Shown here: positions 1-8,725 of the stretch, one piece after another
Layout: each line of letters opens with the position of its first letter
Numbering within the stretch: position 1 is the first letter of the stretch
Virus record (IMG/VR): IMGVR_UViG_3300009155_000050
Location: 62,001-99,898 of that record
From: an uncultured virus (IMG/VR IMGVR_UViG_3300009155_000050)
Lineage: Duplodnaviria; Heunggongvirae; Uroviricota; Caudoviricetes
Length of the DNA stretch: 37,898 nucleotides
Reading direction: 5' to 3' (one strand)
Position numbers and translations under genes: made by a program
Notes under the pieces: generated by a model
The model's database searches: none
What the model was told of the DNA's origin: nothing
Seen by the model: the letters and a program-made list of their open reading frames with translations, nothing else

Positions 1-236
1 CCGCCATAATTTTTGATAAATTCATACCTATCGTTTATAGCTATTTCTCCGCTTTTATTATGCATAATCGTATCGATATTGCGCTGCTTAAGTTTCTCAA
101 CAGCTGTAACGTCAGCTGCGCAAGCAGTTAAATCGCACGGGTTTTGTCTGTGTGCTGTTATTATTGCGCAATCATGCTGTGTCATGCCGCTGTGTGTCCT
201 CGATAAACCACTTTCACAAATGTCTTTAAGTCTCAT
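1..236 (-). CDS. Hypothetical phage protein, partial (runs off window start); possible head-packaged protein
   Basis: Not in the ORF track because no stop lies in the window. ATG at 236 with AGGTG SD. Reads MRLKDICESGLSRTHSGMTQHDCAIITAHRQNP... and stays open to position 1. Confidence 0.75.
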   Translation of the reverse strand, partial: MRLKDICESGLSRTHSGMTQHDCAIITAHRQNPCDLTACAADVTAVEKLKQRNIDTIMHNKSGEIAINDRYEFIKNYG

Positions 237-288
237 GATACACCTATGTGGCACCATTAAATGTTAGCGGAAAGGTCATACTGTATAT

Positions 289-918
289 TCACTCGCTGTC
301 GTCCGCAAGTCGCCTAGCAAGATAAGCTACCTCATAGTCTATCGTACCTTTTAGATGATTAATAACACTATCAGTAGTTGAATAGTCTAAGTATGCAAGT
401 TCAATGATAATATTCCAAGCTTCTGGATTAGGATATAAAATCAACGTTAGATATCTCTTACTAAAGCGGTGTTTCCATCCCGTAGGCAATAAAGACTTGA
501 TAATTGGCTTAATTAATCTCTTTGCGATATAAAATTCTGTTTCATTCATGGCTTTAAGTAAATCGTCATTTCCTTGCTTATCAATAAACCATTAATACAT
601 AGCAATAGCCGTATGATTGCTCTGCCGGATTAACTTCTTGCCGTACTGGTCAGATATTCATCGAGTTCTTGTTTCGCCTTCTTCATCTAAGAATGTCCAT
701 GGTATTTGTGGGTACTCTGCTACGTAACTCGCTATAGCTTCAGCAACATGTGGCTTTTGTGCTAATCTATCTTTAGCTATAGCGCATCACCACAAATAAT
801 ATTCACCCCCAGTAGGATCAACCGCTATGATTCTGTCGATTATCGGATTGCCTTTACCCGATTGCTTGTCTAGCCATAATTTATTAAGTCTGGCCTCTAA
901 AATAATAGACAGTTTCAT
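289..918 (-). pseudogene. Disrupted phage gene: 210-codon frame with three internal stops
   Basis: ATG at 918 (MKLSIILEARLNKLWL...DPTGGEYYLW) is in frame with the 289..549 ORF. Internal stops are TGA 787-789, TGA 658-660 and TAA 592-594. No frameshift. Confidence 0.6.
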
Positions 919-998
919 TAAATATCATCTAAAATGCTAAAGTACTTTCATTTGCGCATTAAATAGATAATCACACCAATTCGCATAGGCTTAAACAG

Positions 999-1026
999 CA
1001 ATGCCCCGGATTGCTCCAGGGCATTG
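999..1026 (-). terminator. Intrinsic terminator-like hairpin after the major capsid gene
   Basis: Minus strand CAATGCCCTGGA-GCAA-TCCGGGGCATTG: 12-bp stem with one U.G pair and a GNRA loop, followed by CTGTTT. It begins 26 nt after the capsid stop. Confidence 0.75.
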
Positions 1027-1052
1027 AGATTCCGTATTATGTAACCATCTGA

Positions 1053-2627
1053 TTAGAGATTGGTGACGTTGATGGTACCGTAGTAGAGGCCGCCGTCTTC
1101 GATCAGCTTCTTACCGTAACGGGTCATGATGCCCTTGTTAGGTGTGAAGCTGTTGGGGTCGAGAACGGTTGGGGTGGAGAGAAGCGGAATGTAAGGCGCG
1201 TAGAAATAGCCCGCATCGAGAACGCTCGATCCCTTGAACCCGAGGAGGATCTTACAGTTGGGGAAGAGGGGGTCCTTGTAGAGGCGCATCTTGCCTTGGA
1301 TGGTACCAATGTTCATGATGCCGATGTCAACACCTTCGGTGGTGAGCGCATCGCTCGCACGGAAGTCGTTAAGCTGCTCGAACTTGGAAGCGATGTCAGA
1401 AGACATCACCAACCAGTTGGCAGGGCCACGGAGGGTGGTCCGGTGGATGATGTTAGCCACTTCGAGCGTCTTGTACATCAAAGCGATGTTGCGGTCGGTG
1501 TAGTTAACGCTAGCACCAGCAGCGGTCGCAAAGTTGTGTGTCGCACGGATGGAAGCGGCAACGATGAGGTCGTTGATGATTTCACGGTCGATTTCGGCGA
1601 CCATTTCATCGGCCATGAGGTCGGTGAGGGTCGATTCGGCATCGATGTTGTGAACTGCCTTAAGATCCTGAGCGGCTTCCAAAGACCAAGAGGTTTTAAG
1701 CTTACGGGTGATAGCTGCAACGCTGTCACTGTCGATGCTTAAGGTCACTTCTGGTTGGAAAGGGTTAGCTTCGAGATCATACTCGTAGTTAACGTACGCT
1801 ACGGCGCCAACTGGGAACGAGCCTGCGCGCAAGGTCACGGTAACTGCACCGGTGGTGCTGTTGAAAGCCGTGGCGCCTGGGGTAGCGGTGTTTACGGCGA
1901 TAGTGCTGGTGAAGCCCGTGCAGTCGCCGATCAGGATGACGTCAGGTGAGCCTGTGCTATCGAAAGAAACCCTGAGGCAGGGAGTTGCGTCGTTGCAATC
2001 GGGAGCAGCGTCTGCTTCGTTGGGGAACACCTCTACCACTACGGTGCCGGAGAGCACGGGACGTTGGGCAAGGGTGCCGCTCACTACGGTGTGACTGCCA
2101 CTGATGGTGAGGGACTCGTGACGCACTTCTTGCGAAGAGTAGTAGGGGTCAAGCGCCCAGCCGTTTTGGCGGCTGTAAGCTTGAGCGGTGTTTTGACGCA
2201 TGATCTGCGTACCGGCAACGGTTTGACCCTTGGTCATTGCGTAACGATAGCGGATGTAGAAAATCAAGCTTGCTGGTTGGCTCATTGGCTGAACGCCAAC
2301 GAGGTTATCAGCGATAAGCTTTGGGTAGCTCTTGCGGATGAGTGGGAGAGCGAAACGGGTGAAATCCGCGATATCAGCGGTAGTGGTCTGGTTTTCGAGG
2401 ATCACGCTGCGATTCTTAGGATTCCAGGCGTTGAACTGGTTTTCTAAGATCGATGCCATGAGGGCGAATTTTTGCTTAGGCACTTCACGGCATTTGCCGA
2501 GAACAGGTGCCCATTTCTTTACGCATTCATTCTTCTTTGACTCATGAATGATTGCGGCCTTATGAACGTCAACGGCCTCCGAGATGGAGTTATTACCGCT
2601 GATGATATGCTTACCACGTGCTAACAT
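1053..2627 (-). CDS. gp23: Major capsid protein, T4 gp23 family
   Basis: Motifs LIADNLVGVQPMSQPASLIFY, RKLKTSWSLEAAQDLKAVHNIDAE, EIDREII, GYFYAPYIPL, GIMTRYG. AGGAG SD. Confidence 0.97.
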   Translation of the reverse strand: MLARGKHIISGNNSISEAVDVHKAAIIHESKKNECVKKWAPVLGKCREVPKQKFALMASILENQFNAWNPKNRSVILENQTTTADIADFTRFALPLIRKSYPKLIADNLVGVQPMSQPASLIFYIRYRYAMTKGQTVAGTQIMRQNTAQAYSRQNGWALDPYYSSQEVRHESLTISGSHTVVSGTLAQRPVLSGTVVVEVFPNEADAAPDCNDATPCLRVSFDSTGSPDVILIGDCTGFTSTIAVNTATPGATAFNSTTGAVTVTLRAGSFPVGAVAYVNYEYDLEANPFQPEVTLSIDSDSVAAITRKLKTSWSLEAAQDLKAVHNIDAESTLTDLMADEMVAEIDREIINDLIVAASIRATHNFATAAGASVNYTDRNIALMYKTLEVANIIHRTTLRGPANWLVMSSDIASKFEQLNDFRASDALTTEGVDIGIMNIGTIQGKMRLYKDPLFPNCKILLGFKGSSVLDAGYFYAPYIPLLSTPTVLDPNSFTPNKGIMTRYGKKLIEDGGLYYGTINVTNL

Positions 2628-2646
2628 TTGAATCTCCTGCGAATGG

Positions 2647-3345
2647 TTAAATTAAGTCACTGTCCATAGTACCGGCGATGTCTAAGACATCAAAACCACC
2701 AGTACGGGTAATAGGAGCCTGCCGAATAGCAGTCGTCCTATTTTGGTTTTCCAAAAGCGTTGGTCGAGTAGTCACCGGCTTTGGCGTAGGGCGAGTTGCA
2801 ATTGGAGCTGCAGCTCGTTTCGCCGGAGCTGATTCTGCTACGACTCGGTTAAGCCTCTCAATTTGTGATGTCAAAGCCTTGTTTTGCTTAAGGATCTTTT
2901 CGGCAATTTGAGTTTGCCTATTAGCCTTAGCAACAGCTTGGCTCCGCTCTTCGTTGAGCTGCTGAATCTGCTTTTGCGCCTTTTGAATGGTGGCTTTAGC
3001 TTGACCATTAAGCTTGGCTTCAGGTTGAACGCCTTCTAGTACTGTCTGTACTTGACGCAACTTGGCCATAGCCCTGGTCTCAACTGCACCTTGTTGGCGG
3101 GACAGCGACGACTCAATCGCAGCACTCTTCGCTTCGCAGAAAATCTGCAAGCGTCTCGCAAGCTCTCGCTTGTGAGATTCGGTTTCCTCTACGCACACCT
3201 TTTTCGCACGATCAACGCGATTAGCTAATTCCTTACTGAATTGCTCGGTGATAGAGGTTTTGTATTTGTCTAAGGCATTGCAAATGCCAGCCACTAATTC
3301 GGGCTTGCAACCCGACTTCTCCAACAGAACCTTGATCTTATCCAT
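2647..3345 (-). CDS. Prohead core scaffold protein (gp22-like)
   Basis: Coiled-coil-like, charged 232-aa protein immediately upstream of the capsid gene. Start placed at ATG 3345 (GGAG SD). The call rests mainly on synteny. Confidence 0.7.
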   Translation of the reverse strand: MDKIKVLLEKSGCKPELVAGICNALDKYKTSITEQFSKELANRVDRAKKVCVEETESHKRELARRLQIFCEAKSAAIESSLSRQQGAVETRAMAKLRQVQTVLEGVQPEAKLNGQAKATIQKAQKQIQQLNEERSQAVAKANRQTQIAEKILKQNKALTSQIERLNRVVAESAPAKRAAAPIATRPTPKPVTTRPTLLENQNRTTAIRQAPITRTGGFDVLDIAGTMDSDLI

Positions 3346-3399
3346 GACACTCTCCAATGCCTATCTAAGTGTAATTTTGATGAAAATAGTAGAATTAAT

Positions 3400-3407
3400 T
3401 ATTTATA
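3400..3407 (-). promoter_or_regulatory. T4-type late promoter TATAAATA
   Basis: Exact TATAAATA on the minus strand about 55 nt upstream of the scaffold ATG, pointing toward the scaffold and capsid genes. Confidence 0.6.
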
Positions 3408-3470
3408 ATAAAACAATTAATCTACACCTGGGTCCCATTGTGAAACCACACAAGAGCACCACATTGATTC

Positions 3471-4565
3471 TTACTTATTTTTTCTCTGCTTAACGCACTT
3501 GTCCGATTGAAATGTAATGTCACAAAAAGCGGCCATCTTGTCATGAGATCTAGCAGTGCAACAGAAAGAATCAGGCAAAAATTCGTCAACACCAAAAGCC
3601 CTTAAAAGATCATCGTCAACCATCTCACCTTCATAGACACACACCAGCTTATCAACCACTTTAATGAATTGCATGTTGGTATACCTCCCCACTAACCTGT
3701 CAGCCAATCTTGGATTATATAAAAGACGATTACCGATCATAGGCTGGGTTTTAATGTGCGGAATAAAATCAAATTCAACACGTTTCTTCCCACACTCGCA
3801 CATCACGCAATCATTCAATCTGATCAGGTCCGCAGCGCTGCCGATTTGATGGTTCACGTTAACTAGGCTATAACATAAACCTCCAGCTACATAGAACGTG
3901 GGCAACAAATGCTTATGCCCGTAAGAGCACGTATAAAAAGCAAATCCACTATCCCAAGTTATATTATTATCATTAACAAATAAACTAGTGCTGTAGAATG
4001 GCTCATAATTCGTGGTGCTAAGCGTAGAACCGCTGCGTAGCATCGCTCTGACGAACGACGCATTTTTGCCGAGGCTCAGAACACATTTTGGGGTAGTTTG
4101 AACCGAAAAAGGGCCATAAGACTCTACAAATCTAAAGAATTCCTCAGATGGATCTGTGTAATTGATGCGGTAGCATGTCACACCGTAAGGTTCCATCGGA
4201 TGCCAGTTAATATGCATACGCCCAGCTAACTGTGGCCTATTGTACAAGTAATCATAATCCTCCGTTACTATTAACACTGGGTGATTGCACTGATTTTTGA
4301 CCTCCGTTTCCAGACCCAATAACCAAAATTCCCAATGCGGCCCAAATTCATAAGATCTACGGAAGCCTGTCGAACCACTAGTATCAAGCTTGTGACTTTG
4401 CCCACGCGGCGATGGCTTTGCATCAAACACGGCTTTCAATTCAAATTCATAATTGACCCAGTCGTAATTTTTGATAGCTTCTAACAAAGCTTCTTTATTG
4501 TCATTTCCATAATAGTCAACATAGGCTTTAAATAAATTCATAGATAGATAAGGTTCATGGAGCAT
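3471..4565 (-). CDS. Adenylate-forming enzyme, phenylacetate-CoA ligase/CapK-like
   Basis: AMP-binding P-loop TSGSTG, FYTCSYGHKHL and DL...CECGK resemble the PaaK/CapK family. The start may be ATG 4541 instead. Confidence 0.6.
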   Translation of the reverse strand: MLHEPYLSMNLFKAYVDYYGNDNKEALLEAIKNYDWVNYEFELKAVFDAKPSPRGQSHKLDTSGSTGFRRSYEFGPHWEFWLLGLETEVKNQCNHPVLIVTEDYDYLYNRPQLAGRMHINWHPMEPYGVTCYRINYTDPSEEFFRFVESYGPFSVQTTPKCVLSLGKNASFVRAMLRSGSTLSTTNYEPFYSTSLFVNDNNITWDSGFAFYTCSYGHKHLLPTFYVAGGLCYSLVNVNHQIGSAADLIRLNDCVMCECGKKRVEFDFIPHIKTQPMIGNRLLYNPRLADRLVGRYTNMQFIKVVDKLVCVYEGEMVDDDLLRAFGVDEFLPDSFCCTARSHDKMAAFCDITFQSDKCVKQRKNK

Positions 4566-4570
4566 CTACG

Positions 4571-5302
4571 ATGATCATAGCATATTATCCAATCCATTAT
4601 GGCTCAGATTACCTAGCATACTCTTTGAAGAGCATATATGATCACGTTGACCAAATACATATACTATATACAGACAAGCCGTCACATGGGCATGCAAGCC
4701 GCCTAGTTAACCCTGACTCTTTAATAAAAATAAAAGAAGCATGCAGTCAATTTGGTGATCCCAAAGGAAAATTGCACTGGCATCAAGGGCATTGGGGTAC
4801 TGAAGGTCAACATCGTGACACCATCTATACCATTGCCAGTGCTGCAAAAGCTGATATGATCTTAGCAGTGGACACCGATGAAGTATGGGACCAAAATGTC
4901 TTAGAAAATGCGATCAAAAAAGCATACGGCGGTAATTGCAGATATAATTTAATACGGATGCTGACATTTTGGCGCTCCTTCAATAAAGTCGCTACAGACG
5001 AGATGATGCCAGTACGCATCATAATGCCAAACGCACCTGTTGGTCATAATTATCTTGAAGGCAGAGTCTACCATTTTGGTTACGCAAGAACAATCGATAA
5101 TATCGAATATAAGCTGTCCATTCATGGCCATAGAAGCGAATGGCGTCCAGATTGGCTTCATACTTTTAAAGAATGGCCAAATACACGTAACACAGATTTA
5201 CATCCTACATGTCATGGAGTGTGGGACTTAAATGATTTCGATAAATCGACACTACCGCATTACATGCATCAGCATCCGTATTACAATTTAGAACGCATCT
5301 AA
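4571..5302 (+). CDS. Glycosyltransferase, GT-A fold (GT2-like)
   Basis: YLAYSLKSIYDHVDQIHI, DxD motif AVDTDEVW, YHFGYAR. GGAG SD. Confidence 0.7.
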   Translation: MIIAYYPIHYGSDYLAYSLKSIYDHVDQIHILYTDKPSHGHASRLVNPDSLIKIKEACSQFGDPKGKLHWHQGHWGTEGQHRDTIYTIASAAKADMILAVDTDEVWDQNVLENAIKKAYGGNCRYNLIRMLTFWRSFNKVATDEMMPVRIIMPNAPVGHNYLEGRVYHFGYARTIDNIEYKLSIHGHRSEWRPDWLHTFKEWPNTRNTDLHPTCHGVWDLNDFDKSTLPHYMHQHPYYNLERI

Positions 5303-5884
5303 TGCAGCTAAGAATTCTTCATCAATCCGTTTAAGATTGATTATCTCATCGGCATGCGTCACATATGTAAGATAATCACTAACGGCGTGAACCGTGGGTA
5401 GTATCGCATGATCACGCTTTAGAAGGCAGACACCGAAATCACCTGCGTACGTTAAGACCTTAAAGCCACCGTGCCTTCTGAAGTGCCATACAGCCTCGTA
5501 TACTGTGCCACAAAGATAAGGCGTTGTGTGCCTTTCGTCTGGCGGATAGGCGTCATGTAATACGATGGTCCCGCCTTCAGCTAACCATTTCGCTGCGTTG
5601 GTCAGATCACGAGACACAGCTGCTGCTGTATGATCGCCATCAATAAAGATCAAATCGAAAAACTTATCGTTCGTCCTGAAAAACTCATCGCTGCTGACCT
5701 TGATGATGCGATCGTCGCTTAAATCACCGACTGGCTCAACACCGACCATATGCGCACATTCAATAGTGTCCCAATTTGCCTTATATTGGACGCCTATCTC
5801 CACATACGTCCGATAAGACTTATTCTTTATTAAACGATTTAATATCAAATTATGCTTTAAATCATTTGTTGTAGGGCTTCCCAT
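5288..5884 (-). CDS. SAM-dependent methyltransferase (Methyltransf_24-like)
   Basis: YVEIGV, SSDEFF, FDLIFIDGDH, GGTIVLHD. Confidence 0.85.
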   Translation of the reverse strand: MGSPTTNDLKHNLILNRLIKNKSYRTYVEIGVQYKANWDTIECAHMVGVEPVGDLSDDRIIKVSSDEFFRTNDKFFDLIFIDGDHTAAAVSRDLTNAAKWLAEGGTIVLHDAYPPDERHTTPYLCGTVYEAVWHFRRHGGFKVLTYAGDFGVCLLKRDHAILPTVHAVSDYLTYVTHADEIINLKRIDEEFLAALDAF

Positions 5885-6492
5885 GCTACTTTATCCCTTT
5901 CTATGACTTCACAAGCTTCCGGTAGAACACTAACACTAGCGCTCGATCCGTGTTTAGCTTGGAGATCGCTATATATTGTTAATTGATACCCGTGCTTTTG
6001 CAGCCTTTGATAAATCCAATTGTCCCCAAACCATAGTTTAATCGAATCGGGTATAGGATAGACCAATTTCACCATGGCCTTGGTGAGTGCCAAGAACACG
6101 CCAGCTGCGCCACCATTTATCTTGGTCACCGTCCTTGGAGCTTCCACAAATTCTGAAGCGAGGTTAAGGCATACGATGATTTTCTCCTCATCTAACGGCA
6201 GCAGCTTTAATTTAGAAATCAAGTCATGCTTCACGTACAAGTCACTGTTCATAATAATCAATAAATCACGATCAGACTCTAGGAACGCAGCCATCAATTG
6301 ATTCCACGCTGGGTTTACATAAACGTTTTTAGGATTTACAATCGTTCTATATGGCCTTATAAGTTGCTTGATGGCCATGTCGGAATTATTGTCTACAAAT
6401 AAGAGTTCCACGTCCTGATTTTTGATATTACCGATACAATGGCTGACGCAGCTTGCACAATATATAACAGGTATTCCAACAGTGATTTTCAT
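5857..6492 (-). CDS. Glycosyltransferase family 2
   Basis: ITVGIPV, LFVDNNSD, NVYVNPAWN, IMNSDL, WFGDNWI. Confidence 0.8.
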   Translation of the reverse strand: MKITVGIPVIYCASCVSHCIGNIKNQDVELLFVDNNSDMAIKQLIRPYRTIVNPKNVYVNPAWNQLMAAFLESDRDLLIIMNSDLYVKHDLISKLKLLPLDEEKIIVCLNLASEFVEAPRTVTKINGGAAGVFLALTKAMVKLVYPIPDSIKLWFGDNWIYQRLQKHGYQLTIYSDLQAKHGSSASVSVLPEACEVIERDKVAWEALQQMI

Positions 6493-6603
6493 TTGCAGCT
6501 CACGTTTAAATTATATTTTACCGTAAATAGTATGTACATACGACAGCGTTGCATGGTTAAATCACTGTTGCCGTTTGCTCAATAACTTATAATTGAGGTT
6601 AAG

Positions 6604-7372
6604 ATGAAAGTAGTATTTGCGACTTATGTCGATAAGCAAGACCTTATAGAATATCCATTGTGGTACCTTAAAAAGAAAGACCCTAACCTCATCATTTACT
6701 GTTCGGATGATTACAATAAACAGCACCTAGCTAAATCGAACATCGAAGCAGAGATCATAAACTATCACATCAATGAGCCATCCGATATCGCTACAGCTCA
6801 GAATATCTGTCTGGAAAAGCTATACGCTGAACACCATGCAGATTTCGTAGTGTGGCAACAAGCAGATATGCATATTACAGAGTATGGTAGAAAACTTATC
6901 CTAGATTATTGCTTAACCGCTAGCAGCACACAGGTCACAGCCGTTGCTGTTAGACATATTAGATTATTCATGGTTGCGTAGCAGTTACTTCGGCGTCACG
7001 ATCCTAGGCAAAGACTCGACTAAACGTTTTACTTTCGACGGTGCTTACTGTGATGGTTGGTCACATCTCGGCGCATTTGATCCGACCGAATTAAATGTAT
7101 TGCCAGTGATTGATATAGGTTACTTTAGTGTGGACCAATACAAACGGCACCGAACGCAAAACGCTAAGACATGGCGTGAAAATGAATATGTCAACCACCT
7201 ATCAGATAAAGAATACCTAGAATTCGTCCTCAGAAAAGATGCTATAATGATAGGCAATAACACTATACTACCACGGAATGGCCTGCTCTATTCAGTGGTA
7301 GAGGAACTTGGCCTTGTCGCCGAATATAATCAAATATTTGCACTAATCGAAGCAAAGCAGACCAGTACCTGA
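6604..7372 (+). pseudogene. Probable single GT-A-like gene split by a +1 frameshift near 6970 (ORFs 6604..6981 and 6944..7372)
   Basis: GAGG SD before ATG 6604. DFVVWQQADMHI resembles a DxD-type region. Removing one base at about 6970 joins ...RHIRLF to WLRSSYFGVTILG... and gives about 255 aa. Confidence 0.5.
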
Positions 7373-7894
7373 CCAATGGCCAACATGTGTTAAATCATGC
7401 TTTTCGAGTCTTAATTCACCCCATAAAAGCTTCAGATCATCGAAGTGATGGATATCATCCATTAGCATTAGCCCTGACCATTTAATCTTAATCAAATGGT
7501 CGATGAAAAGCCGTTCAAAAACACCATCATGCGCCGTATCCAAAAGTATTAATTTGACATCAGCGAAATTTTCGAAATCCCTAGCATCGCCGATCCTGTA
7601 TTCTAAATTCTCACGATTTACTTGTTGGTGTTGTTTATTAACGTCGTAAGAAACGACCTTATTTAACCTATTGCTAGCAAGCGCTAAAGCTGAATAACCT
7701 TTATAAGTGCCAACGTCCAATATAGTAATAGGAGACCAAATATTCGATAAATGCGCAAGTAACTTATAATGTTCTTGTCCAGAATCTGCAGTGAAAACCT
7801 TGACAAAGTCCTTATCCACACTAGATAAGTGCTGCGTCAAATCGACGCTATTAATCACGCTATTATTGAGACGAACGATTTCAGCTTTGAGCAT
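7343..7894 (-). CDS. SAM-dependent methyltransferase (O-methyltransferase/Methyltransf_24-like)
   Basis: ILDVGTYKGYSALAL, VVSYDV, LLDTAHDG, LMDDIH. Confidence 0.8.
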   Translation of the reverse strand: MLKAEIVRLNNSVINSVDLTQHLSSVDKDFVKVFTADSGQEHYKLLAHLSNIWSPITILDVGTYKGYSALALASNRLNKVVSYDVNKQHQQVNRENLEYRIGDARDFENFADVKLILLDTAHDGVFERLFIDHLIKIKWSGLMLMDDIHHFDDLKLLWGELRLEKHDLTHVGHWSGTGLLCFD

Positions 7895-7955
7895 GTGGTT
7901 TCCCCAGCTTATAAAGTTGGCATGTTTATGTGATATTTATCGGTGAAAATACTGT

Positions 7956-7984
7956 GACCTCCAAAAGCATTTCTCCTGGAGGTC
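7956..7984 (-). terminator. Hairpin after the prohead protease gene
   Basis: Minus strand GACCTCCAGGAG-AAATG-CTTTTGGAGGTC: 12-bp stem with two G.U pairs, 11 nt after the protease stop. The U-tract is weak. Confidence 0.5.
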
Positions 7985-7995
7985 AATACACTATA

Positions 7996-8721
7996 TTACT
8001 TAATGCCAAAATACTTGTTTATTTCTTCAACCAAGGTCTTTTGGTAAGTCTCTGGTCGCAATTGCGGTTTCATCTTTTTGACAGCGTTGACCTTTTTATA
8101 AAGGCCTTCCTGTATGTTATGTAGAATGGCTCCAGAGACAGAAGGCTCAGCGACGGCATCCCAAGTTACGAAGGTGTATCCAGGCATAACTCGATAGAGT
8201 TGCTGTCCACCCGATTCGATCATCTCCATATCGCCGACGCCGCGGCTGCTGATGCCGACACGTACTTTGTGCTCGAATAGACCACGTAAGCAGGCGCCCA
8301 TTGGTAAACGGTGTAGAATTTCAGCTTCACCGTAAACTTTTTGGCCTTCCATCCAAATGTTAGTGATGAGATGGCTAACATTATTTAGATGGATTTTTGC
8401 GTCAGCTGGGTGATCAAATTCTCCCATCACCGCTCGGCCGGAGACATCTTCTTGGATGCTCTGTACCGCTGGTACTAGCACTTCTCTAGTGGAGTAATAA
8501 CGACCGTTAGCATTGCTAAGATCGCCCATTTGAAAGAGGCCCTTGACTCGCATCACATGGACTTCTCGACCATGAGCGTCTTCGTTCACGGTCATTTTTG
8601 TATCGAGTGGTTCAAATGGCATTGTATCGCGGATTAACCGAAGACCGGCAGGGATAGCGCCGGTCTCAGCGATTAGTCGGCGGTTCAAAGCCACGCTTCT
8701 CACCGTCGTTCTACTCTGCAT
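7996..8721 (-). CDS. gp21: Prohead core protease, T4 gp21 family
   Basis: NANGRYY, GEFDHP, NVSHLI, VGISSRGVG, TWDAVAEPS. Start placed at ATG 8721 (GAGG SD). Confidence 0.93.
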   Translation of the reverse strand: MQSRTTVRSVALNRRLIAETGAIPAGLRLIRDTMPFEPLDTKMTVNEDAHGREVHVMRVKGLFQMGDLSNANGRYYSTREVLVPAVQSIQEDVSGRAVMGEFDHPADAKIHLNNVSHLITNIWMEGQKVYGEAEILHRLPMGACLRGLFEHKVRVGISSRGVGDMEMIESGGQQLYRVMPGYTFVTWDAVAEPSVSGAILHNIQEGLYKKVNAVKKMKPQLRPETYQKTLVEEINKYFGIK

Positions 8722-8725
8722 TGGA

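Noticed and set aside
13..267. 84-aa + strand ORF
   Set aside because: Antisense shadow of the minus-strand gene starting at 236, which has an SD.
1124..2911. Many short ORFs overlapping the capsid and scaffold genes (and similar ones over the core, portal, terminase, reductase and LamG genes)
   Set aside because: Antisense or alternative-frame shadows of biased codon usage, with no recognisable motifs.
6532..6585. 17-codon ORF (MYIRQRCMVKSLLPFAQ) as a leader peptide
   Set aside because: No SD and no attenuator structure; expected by chance.
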